Counted from the first letter of the stretch, positions 9,656-19,744 are shown. The stretch is 64,000 nt of DNA from an uncultured Candidatus Saccharibacteria bacterium (GCA_964643995.1 CAZXUJ010000001.1:69622-133621); one strand, 5' to 3'. The notes: generated by a model not told the origin, from the sequence alone. Program-made: numbers and translations.

Positions 9656-10085
9656 CTTTATCAAGAAACAGTTTGCCAACTTTATAGCATTCTTGCTCAA
9701 GAAGAGTACGTTTTTCGCTGAATTGACGGGCATGGCAAGTTTCATGCAAAATCAAATCGGCAGCAAAAGCTATATTGCCTTGATCGTTACCTATATAAAT
9801 TACATCTGGTTTATTCATATAAAAACATCCACCATCAAGACCACCACATCCTGGATTTTTATTTACCACACGCACACGATTACATACCTCGGAGTAATCG
9901 CCTGGAGAGGCATATTTGATCAACCTTAAAGCACCTCTTAGATCCAAATTGCTTAATAGAAAAGACGGAACTACTCTTATCACACAGTAACCTGGATGTT
10001 CAAAATCAACGTAATAAAATCTAGATAGAACAAATGTTGAAGATAGAAATATTGTTAGAATTATTAAAACTTTTTTCATAAGCAC
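9642..10085 (-). CDS. Hypothetical secreted/membrane-anchored putative Zn-metallopeptidase-like protein (HExxH)
   Basis: N-terminal TM segment, then RFYYVDF...PGDYSEVCNRV...NIAFAADLILHETCHARQF with an HExxH motif. It is paralogous to the 9104-9655 ORF. Confidence 0.5.
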   Translation of the reverse strand: MLMKKVLIILTIFLSSTFVLSRFYYVDFEHPGYCVIRVVPSFLLSNLDLRGALRLIKYASPGDYSEVCNRVRVVNKNPGCGGLDGGCFYMNKPDVIYIGNDQGNIAFAADLILHETCHARQFSEKRTLLEQECYKVGKLFLDKVTVY

Positions 10086-10090
10086 GAGTG

Positions 10091-10807
10091 TTACTGTGAT
10101 TTCAACTCTTTTATATAGGTGAGTTCCTGCTTAGTTAATGTTCGACTTGCACCTAACGCTAAATCACCAAGGTGTAACTTTCCAATACTTACACGTTTCA
10201 ACTCTGTAACGTGCAAATCCACATAACGGCAGGACATACGAATTTGTCTTTTGATCCCTTCATAAATAGTCATTTTAAATTCTCTTGGTCCGGTTTTTTC
10301 TATTTGGGCACGTGATGTAACCTTGTCATCTATTGGTATGCCACCTTCACGAAGTTTTGCCAGTTGCATTTCTTTCACTACTTCACGCGTTGTCACAATG
10401 TATGTCTTCGGTACATGAAACTTTGGGTGGGTCATTTTATAGGACAAATCACCATCGTTTGTTAACAGTATTAGACCAGTGGAATCATAATCTAGCCTTC
10501 CAATGGGATATAATCTGTTTTTTGATTTCACAAGTTCTTTTGTGGTTTTTCTTCCTCTATCGTCAGTAACCGTGGATAACACCTCTTTTGGTTTGTTCAG
10601 CAAGAGATACTCATAGTTTTCTTTAATAGGTTTAGTGTTTATTGGCTTTTTATCTAGTTCTACAGTGTCCACAGTATCATCAACCACATCACCCAAAACT
10701 GCAACCTTACCATTAATATTGATACGTTTTGCACTGATTAAAATGTCTGCTTTGCGTCTCGAAGCAATATTATTTTGAGCCAAAAACTTGTTTATACGGG
10801 TTTTCAT
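10091..10807 (-). CDS. rRNA pseudouridine synthase, RsuA/RluB family
   Basis: N-terminal S4 domain (RINKFLAQNNIASRRKADILI) and catalytic core LLLNKPKEVLST...RLYPIGRLDYDSTGLILLTNDG. Confidence 0.85.
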   Translation of the reverse strand: MKTRINKFLAQNNIASRRKADILISAKRININGKVAVLGDVVDDTVDTVELDKKPINTKPIKENYEYLLLNKPKEVLSTVTDDRGRKTTKELVKSKNRLYPIGRLDYDSTGLILLTNDGDLSYKMTHPKFHVPKTYIVTTREVVKEMQLAKLREGGIPIDDKVTSRAQIEKTGPREFKMTIYEGIKRQIRMSCRYVDLHVTELKRVSIGKLHLGDLALGASRTLTKQELTYIKELKSQ

Positions 10808-12997
10808 TTATTCGTATCTTAATGCATCAAGTGCAGAAATTTTACGTGATCTTTTTGCAGGGAATATGCCTGTTCCAATACCTACGAAAAAGGATAATAT
10901 CATTATCACGGCTATAAATGAAAATGGGATATGCGAGATATTTATAAATCCCTGACCTTTTGCAACTGAAAAAACTGTGAGAAGTAGACTCGCTGCCTTT
11001 CCAAAGACTAACCCAACAAGTAAACCTGAAATACCCGCACAAAAACCCATAATGATAGACTCTGTTAAAAATAGCTCCTGGACCTCCATAGTGGTCATAC
11101 CCATGGCTTTCATTAAACCAACCTCACGAGAACGCTCAAGGAGTGAGACAGTTAAGGTATTGAACATACCTAGGGATGCTACAGCGAGCGCGATCATACC
11201 CATAACACCAAGAACCAAGCGTATAGTGGCAAACAGACTCGTAATTTGTTCAACCGTATCGACTACCGAGGTAGTAGCAAAACCAGCGGCTTCTATCTGC
11301 TTGCGAATAATATCGAGTGATTCTTGATCATTTGAAACTACCTTAAGCTGAGAATAATTCACAATTCCTAAAGAGCGTAGGTCTATAAAGGGGACATAAA
11401 ATACTGGCGCAGTATCATCTGGCGTTACACCAACAATTGTATACTCGGTAGATTCAGACTCAGTACGCTTTTTTGATTCGGCAAGTAGATTTGTGGGTAT
11501 TACAAATGAAGCACTGAATGTTTTACCAACCGCATCGCCTTCGGTGATGTTTAAAATTTTCAACATAGCACGGTTAACAACAGCCTGACGTAGCGCATTG
11601 TTGCTAATTACAACAGTGTTAACTTCGTCTTCGTCGGAAACAGAGGTTTCATCTACAATTTCGACCCACTCACCATCCTCTACAACAACAGTTTGATCTT
11701 GTGCAACTGGCACTGGATTTGTTTTTGCTGGTTCCTCAGCAACAATTGCCTGGGCTAGGCTCGTTGAAGTTCCTAAAACCTTACCGGGAAGGTTAACGGG
11801 TGTAACTGAAAGATTGATTTCGGCTATGTAGCCTTGTTCTTGCACCAAATCGCTATTGTCATCAAGTTTAGGTAAATACTTACCATCTATACAGCCAATA
11901 TCAGCATCGGTGCATGTGGTTTCTTCCCAAAGATAAGCTTTGGTTTTTACCCAGCGACCCAAAACTGCACCATCAGAATCGGTCGCAAACACTCCATTGG
12001 AATCGTCAGATAAATATGTGGCACCTGCGACATAAACACCATTTTGCAAACCTTCTACCCTCTTCGTATATCCTAACAACTCGGAGTTAGGGCTAGGTTC
12101 TTTACGGACACGAACCCAAGTTTCAGGTAGGATTTCAAATTCAATAGGTGAAAGCTCTTCTAAGTAGGTGTACTGAACTCGGATATCTTGAGTACCTGCT
12201 ACTTCAGGTGGCTCTACAAGTTCCGGCACATAACTTTCAAGACTAACCGAAATTTCATTGCTATCAAATATGGCACCCTCAATTGGTTTTATAGCCGATT
12301 TTTCCAGATAACCGGTTGTAACACCATAAACCGCCATGTCGGAAACAGAATTTTGGTAATTTACTCTTCCAACGACAGCTATCAAGGGGTAAACATCCGC
12401 TACATTTGCATAACTCTTGATATCAGAGAGTGTTTTGTCATCAATACGTATTCTTGAACCAGCCTGCGGTGCAATGTCAACCTGTCTCAGCTCGTCTAAG
12501 CGAGCAACACGACCAATAACTAGTCTTTGAAGTCCATAACCCACCGAAACAAGAAAAACTATTGCACCAATACCAATGGCTACACCGCCAATGGTTATCA
12601 ACGTACGGGTTTTTTTCACTTGCATATTTCTTATAGCTAACCTGATAATATCCAACTTAGAGATAGTTTCGCCTCTGTTACGATCAAAAACACTCACGAA
12701 CTTCACATAAAATCTTGAATAGTTACCTTGAATGTTGCTTAATGTTGGTTTCGGAACAAAGGGAATTCTATGAAGATATTTAACAACCAAAGAATTAACC
12801 ACATATATAAGAACCAACATATGAAATGAGAAGAACTCACCAGAGAAATACACCAATGATTTTACAAGCGAAACTAGCGCAGGTTTGAGAGAACGTAACT
12901 TCTTGGGAATGTTAGTCACATCGAATCTTAATTTCATTGTTGTATTAATTATTAGCTTTTTTTGAAAAAAATCTAGGTTGTTTTTTCTTAGGCCCAA
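10808..12997 (-). CDS. ABC transporter permease, FtsX/MacB type with an enlarged extracytoplasmic domain
   Basis: 729 aa with an N-terminal TM segment, a roughly 420-aa periplasmic domain and a C-terminal FtsX 3-TM bundle (GLMKAMGMTTMEVQELFLTESIIMGFCAGISGLLVGLVFG). It overlaps the upstream ATPase gene by 53 nt. Confidence 0.8.
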   Translation of the reverse strand: MGLRKNNLDFFQKKLIINTTMKLRFDVTNIPKKLRSLKPALVSLVKSLVYFSGEFFSFHMLVLIYVVNSLVVKYLHRIPFVPKPTLSNIQGNYSRFYVKFVSVFDRNRGETISKLDIIRLAIRNMQVKKTRTLITIGGVAIGIGAIVFLVSVGYGLQRLVIGRVARLDELRQVDIAPQAGSRIRIDDKTLSDIKSYANVADVYPLIAVVGRVNYQNSVSDMAVYGVTTGYLEKSAIKPIEGAIFDSNEISVSLESYVPELVEPPEVAGTQDIRVQYTYLEELSPIEFEILPETWVRVRKEPSPNSELLGYTKRVEGLQNGVYVAGATYLSDDSNGVFATDSDGAVLGRWVKTKAYLWEETTCTDADIGCIDGKYLPKLDDNSDLVQEQGYIAEINLSVTPVNLPGKVLGTSTSLAQAIVAEEPAKTNPVPVAQDQTVVVEDGEWVEIVDETSVSDEDEVNTVVISNNALRQAVVNRAMLKILNITEGDAVGKTFSASFVIPTNLLAESKKRTESESTEYTIVGVTPDDTAPVFYVPFIDLRSLGIVNYSQLKVVSNDQESLDIIRKQIEAAGFATTSVVDTVEQITSLFATIRLVLGVMGMIALAVASLGMFNTLTVSLLERSREVGLMKAMGMTTMEVQELFLTESIIMGFCAGISGLLVGLVFGKAASLLLTVFSVAKGQGFINISHIPFSFIAVIMILSFFVGIGTGIFPAKRSRKISALDALRYE

Positions 12998-13868
12998 TTT
13001 CTGGCGTAGGTACAGGCTGCGTTGGCATAGGCGGGTTAGGCGGTAAGGGGGTTGGAATTGGAGTTGGGGGGCTTACGGGTTCCGGGGCTATCACTGGCAC
13101 TTCAGCCGCAGTTTCAATCACCAAAGATTCTCCGCGTTTTGTAGGTACCGACTGTTCTAGGACGGCTTTCTGATCACCCACAACTACGGACTCAACCTTA
13201 CCATCAAAAATCTTAACCACACGTTTTGCATACTTTATATATTCAAGGTCGTGGGTAACCATCAAGACCGTTTTACCGCTCTCATTAAGGCTACTTAGGA
13301 GTTGCATTAGGTTTTTACCGGATTCAAAGTCGAGGTTACCTGTAGGCTCATCAGCAATTATAATCTCAGGGTCCGTAACAAGGGCGCGTGCTAAGGCTAC
13401 TTTCTGCTGTTGACCTCCTGAGAGCTCAGTTGGAAAATAATTGACCCAGTTGCTCATTCCCATATTTAGTATTGAATGCCAAGCTTTTTTAATTGCCTCA
13501 CCTTTTTCTACACCTAGTAGTGACAAAGGAAAAGCTACATTTTCAACAACACTTAATGACTTAACCCAGTTAGGTTGTTGATAAACCATCCCTACATGCT
13601 TCTTACGGAAAGAGGATCTAGCATCTTCGTTCGGGAGTTCATATAGACTGACTCCTAAACATGTAACAGACCCAACGGATGGAACTTCCAAGCCGAGGAG
13701 CATATGTAAAAGTGTAGATTTTCCAGAACCGGAAGGACCAATGATAACTGTGAAATCACCCTTATTAACTTCAAAACTCATACCTTTGATAACTGGAATA
13801 TGTTGATTCCCTACCTTATAAGATTTTTCAAGGTTCTCAACCTTTATTACAACATTGGTTTCAGCCAT
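12945..13868 (-). CDS. ABC transporter ATP-binding protein (MacB/LolD-like) with a proline-rich C-terminal tail
   Basis: Walker A GPSGSGKST, signature LSGGQQQKVALARAL, Walker B IIIADEPTGNLD. The C-terminal tail is PEPVSPPTPIPTPLPPNPPMPTQPVPTP. The start overlaps the stop of the giant gene by 1 nt. Confidence 0.9.
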   Translation of the reverse strand: MAETNVVIKVENLEKSYKVGNQHIPVIKGMSFEVNKGDFTVIIGPSGSGKSTLLHMLLGLEVPSVGSVTCLGVSLYELPNEDARSSFRKKHVGMVYQQPNWVKSLSVVENVAFPLSLLGVEKGEAIKKAWHSILNMGMSNWVNYFPTELSGGQQQKVALARALVTDPEIIIADEPTGNLDFESGKNLMQLLSSLNESGKTVLMVTHDLEYIKYAKRVVKIFDGKVESVVVGDQKAVLEQSVPTKRGESLVIETAAEVPVIAPEPVSPPTPIPTPLPPNPPMPTQPVPTPEIGPKKKQPRFFSKKANN

Positions 13869-16800
13869 TATTTAAGCCCTCCCAAGAAACCAAAGACCTG
13901 ACTCAAGTTGGTTATAACAAGATTAAGAGCATTATCAGAAGCTTTAGGCGTGATGGTAACAGTATCAACAGAGTTTCCAACATTATTGGCTTTGTCGTTG
14001 GAAATTGCCCTCAGATGGTAAACCTTTGACGGATTTAGTCCAGATATTACTACCGCATGATTAAATGTTAAATTACTATCTTCTTGGCTTTTCTGTGAAT
14101 AGGTTGATCCAGTACCCTCGCCAAATTCGACTTGAGATGTAGCAGGCTCGTCGGTGTCCCAGCTTATGACAAGTTGCGCTGTCGCTTCTTTATCTTGGGA
14201 TACAACAACACTTCCCTCAATACTCAAGTTTGATATCGCTGGGGGTCTGGTGTCTGTTGCAGTCGTGATACGTTGTATATCGCTAGAAGCCTCATTACCA
14301 GCTTTATCACGTCCCTTAACCGTCAACAAATAAGTTGTTTCTGGTAGTAACCCTTTAATCTGGAGACGATGTTGTCCCTTAACCAATTCAACATTTACTT
14401 CATCTCTAGCATCAGCAGTATTACCCTCAGGGTAGTAAGTTAAAATCGACGAGACCTCTGTATTGGTATTCCATGTCACTAAAACTGACGGTTGTGCGGC
14501 TCCCCTCACCTGCTGAATTCTCACATTGTCGATTTTTGGACGAGGAAGAGTTTCAAAGGTTAATACACTTCCATCATACTCATCATCCTCAGGATCAAGG
14601 GTATTGATCTTATAATAGTATTTTGTACCGTCGGTAAGATTTTCAAGAGTAGTATTATATGTGGTTTCTGAGGTCGATGTGGCAAGTTCTAACAAACTGC
14701 CAGAAGCTCCAGATAAGCCATAATAAATTTTTACCGATGTAGCATCGGTAACTGTATATTGTAGGGTAACTCTATCGATGCCTACATACTTTGCCGAAGG
14801 ATCTGTAACCGTAGGAGCAGGAGCTGTTTCGAAAGTGAATTCATCACTTAGTCCGGTGTTACCATCTTCATCCGTCCATTTGGCAATCGCATAGTAACTG
14901 GTACCTGGACTTAGATTTGAAAGTGCTATCTCATGGGCAGTGACTTGATCAGAGTTCGAAGGCTCTTCATCAAAATAATCCCCCGAACTAGTACCATATT
15001 GTATTTTTGAATCACTTACGCGATCGGTTGACCAAGTGATTGTAGCTTTCTTCGTAGTGATTCCAGTAACCTCAGGTTCTGAATCAAGCGTAGCAGCTTC
15101 GGTAAATCTACCTGTAGGAAGTAACTCGACAGAGCTGGTAAATGCACCGCAATTATCAACACTATCGCAGGCACGGACTTTATAATAGTATGTTATCTCT
15201 TCAAGACTAGTATCAATGTAGGCTGAACCGGTAGTGGTAGCTAAGGAGCTATAAGTTGAGTCATCCTCTGAACGATAAATCTCGTAATAATCTATACCTG
15301 AACCTACATCAGTTGGAGCAGTCCAAGAAAGTGCTAATCTCCAAGATTCAGTACTTTTTATTGAGACATCAGAAATCTCTAAGTTAAGAGGAATACCTGG
15401 AGCTGAAGTGTTAGCTGTAAATGAAACGCTTGTGTAAGAACCATAATTGATAGCACTACCATAATCACTGCCATTTCTGGCCGCCAAATAAAGTGTGTTT
15501 AATCCGACTTGAGTAGCAAAGGAACTTGCCGAAAGAGTAGTATCTCCAGCACTTGTATAAGTACAAGTGGAGGAAGAAGGTAAAGTGTTAACTGTATAAC
15601 AGTAAGTCAAAGCATCTTCAGTACCAGAGTAACTTGATGGCGCGTCCCAAGAAAAGGCGAATGAATTGGATGTGTTTGTACTCGGTGTAACTTGTAAAAA
15701 TTGTGGTGCTGAAGGACCATCACCTGCATAATAATAGGTTGCTTGCAGTGGTGTTGCTGAGTAATTGCCTGCCGTATCCACAACCCTTAGATAAAATGTG
15801 TTTGCGTCAGTTTGATATGCCGCATCGTCAATTTCGATTGAAGTTAGCGCTGTAGTAGCAGACCAATCGCTTAGTGCACCAGATGCGGCACCAGTTTTGT
15901 ATTGATAACCAGCTACACCAGACCCACTGTCGGAGGCTATACCCTCACCACTTGAAGGCCATGAAAACGTAAACGAATTTGAGGCGGCATAACCAGATGG
16001 TGTAACAGTAACCGTGCTTGGGTTACTTGGGGAAGTATTGTCAAATTTGTAAATAAAGGCGGCATATGTCGTACTTACATTTTGTGCATTGTCTTTGGCT
16101 TGTATTCTTAAATAATAGGTACTTCCACTTACGAGACTACTTGCGGTATATGTGGAGCCGGCTTGAAATGAACCTGCCGTTGACGGAACTGCAGAGCTAT
16201 CAGTTCCAAAATATACAAAATATCCAGCTAGCCCAGCTCCTGCATCACTCGCGCCGCTCCAAGAGAAATAGGGTCCTGTATGAGTGTACCAAGTGTTTGT
16301 CGTAAGACTAGATCCACCAAATGCACTAAGTGCCGTGATGCTACTTGGGGCGGTAGGGTTAGTTGTATCAGAATTTGCCTCAACTATTACCTCATTGACA
16401 GTGACTTGTTGAGTGCCGTCACCATCTAAAATTGCTTGCCATTTTATACCAGACGAGGATATTGGGAGAGTGGGAATATTTGTGTTTATATCAGCTTCCG
16501 TATTTGCCTGACTAGTAGAGGCAGATGTTTCCCACGAGTCACTATCCCAGTATTTCCATGTGCTACCACCGTCGGTTGAAAGTCTATACATTACAGTACC
16601 ACCATTTAGTGTTTCTGTAGTGACAAAACCTGCAAAACTGGCAATATCCTCAGTAAATACAGCAGTAGTGTTTGAAACAGTTTGTGCCGACGCAGAATAC
16701 GGTGTCGTTGTAAAGGATGATCTGGCAGACGTGCTGATTCTAAGTTCGTCCAGTGTCCCATTAAAGTAACCTTGGGCAACACCACTGGAAGTACTTCCAT

Positions 16801-19744
16801 ATGTCGTACCCACTAACAAGCTTTTTGTAGTATTTGGTATAGATAAAGAGGCACTACCTGAATTATCAAGAACACCATCAATGTATATTTTCATCGTGCT
16901 ACCGTCATAAGTTGCTGCTATGTGGTGCCAACTGGTGTTTTGAGTCGCCGTAGTAGACTGTAGATATCCATTGTTTCCATAAGACCATACTGCCGCATCA
17001 ACATTTGCGGACTCGCCCAAACCTGCAAATAGTTTTCCTTGAAAAACAGCTAACGAGTGTACACTTTCGGACGCATTAATATCCCAGCTTGAGTTTATTG
17101 CATCTCCTCCGATCTGACTCCATGATGAACCGTCATATCTCCAAACTTCTGACTCTCCAGCAGTTGTTCCAACGCCAGCAAAGACATAACCATTGTATGA
17201 AGCTAAAGAGCGCACCCTTTCGTAGGTTCCTGAGGTCCAACTACTATTTAAATCGTCACCACCTACTTGTGACCAAGTACTACCATTCCATTTATATACA
17301 TCAGCGTCTCCCGCCGTAGTACCTAAACCTACATACAGTTCATTGTTGTGAATTATCATTGAATCCACCTGCTCGTGAAGTGAAGCCCAGCTAGAATTGG
17401 TACTGTCGCCACCTATTTTAGTCCATGCGGTACCATTCCAACTGTAAACCTCAGCGTCACCAGCACTACTACCAATACCAGCGTATAGAAGGTTATTGTA
17501 CCCAACCATGCTATGAACTGTTTCATAGTTAGTGTTCCAGCTCGAGTTAGTTCCGTCACCTCCGATTTTTGTCCATGCCGTACCGTTCCAACGCCAAACT
17601 TCAGCCTCGGTGGCAGTAAGTCCCAAGCCAGCATACAAATAACCATCGTAGGCCGCCATACTCTGGACGTTTTCAAAACCGGTTGTCCATCCTGAATTTA
17701 AACTATCACCACCAACTTGAGTCCATGTTGAGCCATTGTATCGCCAAACCTCGGCATCGTTAGCCGTAGATCCTAAACCGGCATATAGATTTCCACCATA
17801 ACTCTGAAGTGAAAAAACTGTTTCAAACGTACCCGCGGCCCAGCTACTATTGACTCCTTGTCCACCAACAATGGTCCAAGTGCTGCCATCGTACTCAAGT
17901 ACCATAGCATTACCCGCTACTGTATAACCCGTACCAGCATAAAGTTTGCCGTTGTGGGTTTTCAATGCTTCTACACTTTGAAGGTTGTAAAAACCCCAGC
18001 TTTTATTAATGTAGTTGCCACCAAACCTTGTCCATGCACTTCCGTTCCAACTCCACATTTCACCACTTGCACCCGTACCTGTAAGACCTGCATATAAGGT
18101 ACTACCTGAATATAAAAGAGTGTTAACATGGGTATGCGTGTTTGTAAAACCAGAGTTTATTGCATCACCACCAATTTTGGTCCAAGTCGTTCCATTCCAA
18201 CTCCATACCTCGTTATCACCCGCGGTATTACCCAAACCAGCATAAACAGTTGATCCGGTACTTGCCAAACTGTAAACAGCCTCGTATGAACTAGAATCCC
18301 AGCTCGAGTTCACAGTATCGCCGCCAATTTTTGACCATGTCCCACTCGTAAAACGCCAAACTTCGGCCTCACCTGCGGTTGTTCCAATACCTGCATATAA
18401 ATCTCCGCTTAGGTAAGTCATGCTTAGAACATATTCATAGGTGGTATTCCAGCTTGAATTTGTTCCATCACCACCAATTTTTGTCCACGCACTACCGTTC
18501 CAACGCCAAATTTCAGCGTCGGTTGCACTAGCACCTAACCCTGCATAAACATTAGTACCGTCATTTATAAGGGAATATACCTGTTCAAACCCAGTGGTCC
18601 AACCTGAATTCAAGCTATCTCCACCTATTTGAGTCCAGGCACTGCCATTCCAACGCCATACCTCAGCATCGTTAGCTGTAGTACCAATGCCCGCATACAA
18701 GTTTGACCCCATGTAAGTTAAACTAGCTACTTGCTCATATGTTCCAACTGCCCAACTCGAATTAACAGCATCACCGCCGATTTTCGTCCAATCAGTGCAG
18801 TTAGACGTAGTATCGCAACTCCAGACCTCAGCATCACCTGCAGTAGTACCAAGTCCTGCGTAGAGCAAAGTTCCGTTGGTAGCCAAGGATAAAACACTTT
18901 CAAAAGTTTGGTCCGCCCAGCTAGAATTATCGCCAGCACCACCTATTTGAGACCAAACTGTACCATCCCATTTCCAAACCTCAGCATCACCAACAGCGTT
19001 ACCTAACCCAACATAGATGTCTGAACCTACAGTAACCGAGGAATGTACAGCAAACTTACCGTTTAGGTCCCAGCTGTTGTCAATGTCTATACCAGCATTT
19101 TGCGTCCACTCTGTTGCACTAGAACTGGCTAACTCATATGTAATTTTTCCGGTCTCATTGTCGTAGTAAAGTTTATAGTCACCCTTGTCTACTATTCCTT
19201 GAGCCTGATCCGCGCTACCTGCTGATAAACTTGTGCCAAACTTAGTCCAAGCTTCAATAGAATTGACTTGCCCTAGGGAGATTGATGCAGAATCAGTTAC
19301 GGATATTTTGGAAGTGTCTCCATCAAGGGTTAGGCCATTGTTTAGATTACCAGTAACCCATGATGGAGCTGTGGCCGTACCATCATTAGCATTGCTAGAG
19401 GAGTCATCGACTGTAGTACCAGAAGATTCGTCAAGGTGAAAAAGTAATGCAGTGTCTGAGTCAGACGTATAGTTTTGAACCTTTAAGCGTGCAGTACTGC
19501 TTGATACCTCAACTGCGGTTGAATCGGATAAAGTGTAATCTCCAGCACTTGCAAAATCCCAAGTATAATCAACATCCCCCGCAGCAAATATATGCTGAAT
19601 GTATGAAGAAAATAACAAAGCAGATGTAAGAATAAAAACGACAAACACATGAAAAACATGTTTGCTTTTTTTGATACGCTTTGTAAATACTCCGTTGTAT
19701 ATTTGTTTCAAATGTGTCACATATTTGGGCATAGCTTCTCTCAT
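13868..19744 (-). CDS. Giant (1958 aa) secreted/surface protein: signal-anchor, LamG/ConA-like domain, 14 beta-propeller-like repeats, second LamG-like domain, array of fibronectin-III-like domains
   Basis: N-terminal hydrophobic anchor. Laminin-G-like pattern ALLFHLDESSGTTVDDSS and later LDELRISTSARS. Fourteen repeats of about 55 aa of the form LYAGLG.TAGDAEVW.WNG..W..IGGD..NSSW. C-terminal repeated beta-sandwich modules (FN3-like, Y.Y.V.A.D..GN.S). The true start may be M5 (MPKYV) at 19732. Confidence 0.8.
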   Translation of the reverse strand: MREAMPKYVTHLKQIYNGVFTKRIKKSKHVFHVFVVFILTSALLFSSYIQHIFAAGDVDYTWDFASAGDYTLSDSTAVEVSSSTARLKVQNYTSDSDTALLFHLDESSGTTVDDSSSNANDGTATAPSWVTGNLNNGLTLDGDTSKISVTDSASISLGQVNSIEAWTKFGTSLSAGSADQAQGIVDKGDYKLYYDNETGKITYELASSSATEWTQNAGIDIDNSWDLNGKFAVHSSVTVGSDIYVGLGNAVGDAEVWKWDGTVWSQIGGAGDNSSWADQTFESVLSLATNGTLLYAGLGTTAGDAEVWSCDTTSNCTDWTKIGGDAVNSSWAVGTYEQVASLTYMGSNLYAGIGTTANDAEVWRWNGSAWTQIGGDSLNSGWTTGFEQVYSLINDGTNVYAGLGASATDAEIWRWNGSAWTKIGGDGTNSSWNTTYEYVLSMTYLSGDLYAGIGTTAGEAEVWRFTSGTWSKIGGDTVNSSWDSSSYEAVYSLASTGSTVYAGLGNTAGDNEVWSWNGTTWTKIGGDAINSGFTNTHTHVNTLLYSGSTLYAGLTGTGASGEMWSWNGSAWTRFGGNYINKSWGFYNLQSVEALKTHNGKLYAGTGYTVAGNAMVLEYDGSTWTIVGGQGVNSSWAAGTFETVFSLQSYGGNLYAGLGSTANDAEVWRYNGSTWTQVGGDSLNSGWTTGFENVQSMAAYDGYLYAGLGLTATEAEVWRWNGTAWTKIGGDGTNSSWNTNYETVHSMVGYNNLLYAGIGSSAGDAEVYSWNGTAWTKIGGDSTNSSWASLHEQVDSMIIHNNELYVGLGTTAGDADVYKWNGSTWSQVGGDDLNSSWTSGTYERVRSLASYNGYVFAGVGTTAGESEVWRYDGSSWSQIGGDAINSSWDINASESVHSLAVFQGKLFAGLGESANVDAAVWSYGNNGYLQSTTATQNTSWHHIAATYDGSTMKIYIDGVLDNSGSASLSIPNTTKSLLVGTTYGSTSSGVAQGYFNGTLDELRISTSARSSFTTTPYSASAQTVSNTTAVFTEDIASFAGFVTTETLNGGTVMYRLSTDGGSTWKYWDSDSWETSASTSQANTEADINTNIPTLPISSSGIKWQAILDGDGTQQVTVNEVIVEANSDTTNPTAPSSITALSAFGGSSLTTNTWYTHTGPYFSWSGASDAGAGLAGYFVYFGTDSSAVPSTAGSFQAGSTYTASSLVSGSTYYLRIQAKDNAQNVSTTYAAFIYKFDNTSPSNPSTVTVTPSGYAASNSFTFSWPSSGEGIASDSGSGVAGYQYKTGAASGALSDWSATTALTSIEIDDAAYQTDANTFYLRVVDTAGNYSATPLQATYYYAGDGPSAPQFLQVTPSTNTSNSFAFSWDAPSSYSGTEDALTYCYTVNTLPSSSTCTYTSAGDTTLSASSFATQVGLNTLYLAARNGSDYGSAINYGSYTSVSFTANTSAPGIPLNLEISDVSIKSTESWRLALSWTAPTDVGSGIDYYEIYRSEDDSTYSSLATTTGSAYIDTSLEEITYYYKVRACDSVDNCGAFTSSVELLPTGRFTEAATLDSEPEVTGITTKKATITWSTDRVSDSKIQYGTSSGDYFDEEPSNSDQVTAHEIALSNLSPGTSYYAIAKWTDEDGNTGLSDEFTFETAPAPTVTDPSAKYVGIDRVTLQYTVTDATSVKIYYGLSGASGSLLELATSTSETTYNTTLENLTDGTKYYYKINTLDPEDDEYDGSVLTFETLPRPKIDNVRIQQVRGAAQPSVLVTWNTNTEVSSILTYYPEGNTADARDEVNVELVKGQHRLQIKGLLPETTYLLTVKGRDKAGNEASSDIQRITTATDTRPPAISNLSIEGSVVVSQDKEATAQLVISWDTDEPATSQVEFGEGTGSTYSQKSQEDSNLTFNHAVVISGLNPSKVYHLRAISNDKANNVGNSVDTVTITPKASDNALNLVITNLSQVFGFLGGLK
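17030..19045 (-). repeat. Intragenic tandem repeats (about 165 nt x 14) encoding the propeller blades of the giant protein
   Basis: Recurrent DNA words (e.g. ccaacgccaaa(c/t)ttcagc at about 17590, 18499 and 18650) and 14 protein-level YAGLG...AEVW.WNG...IGGD...NSSW units. Confidence 0.6.

Noticed and set aside
16066-19629. Numerous 60-90-aa ORFs on the plus strand (and a few on the minus strand in other frames) inside the giant gene (e.g. 16066-16305, 17089-17319, 18015-18245, 19233-19439)
   Set aside because: They are antisense or out-of-frame to a 1958-aa ORF with clear domain content. They show repeat-driven open frames and low-complexity products, with no independent signals.
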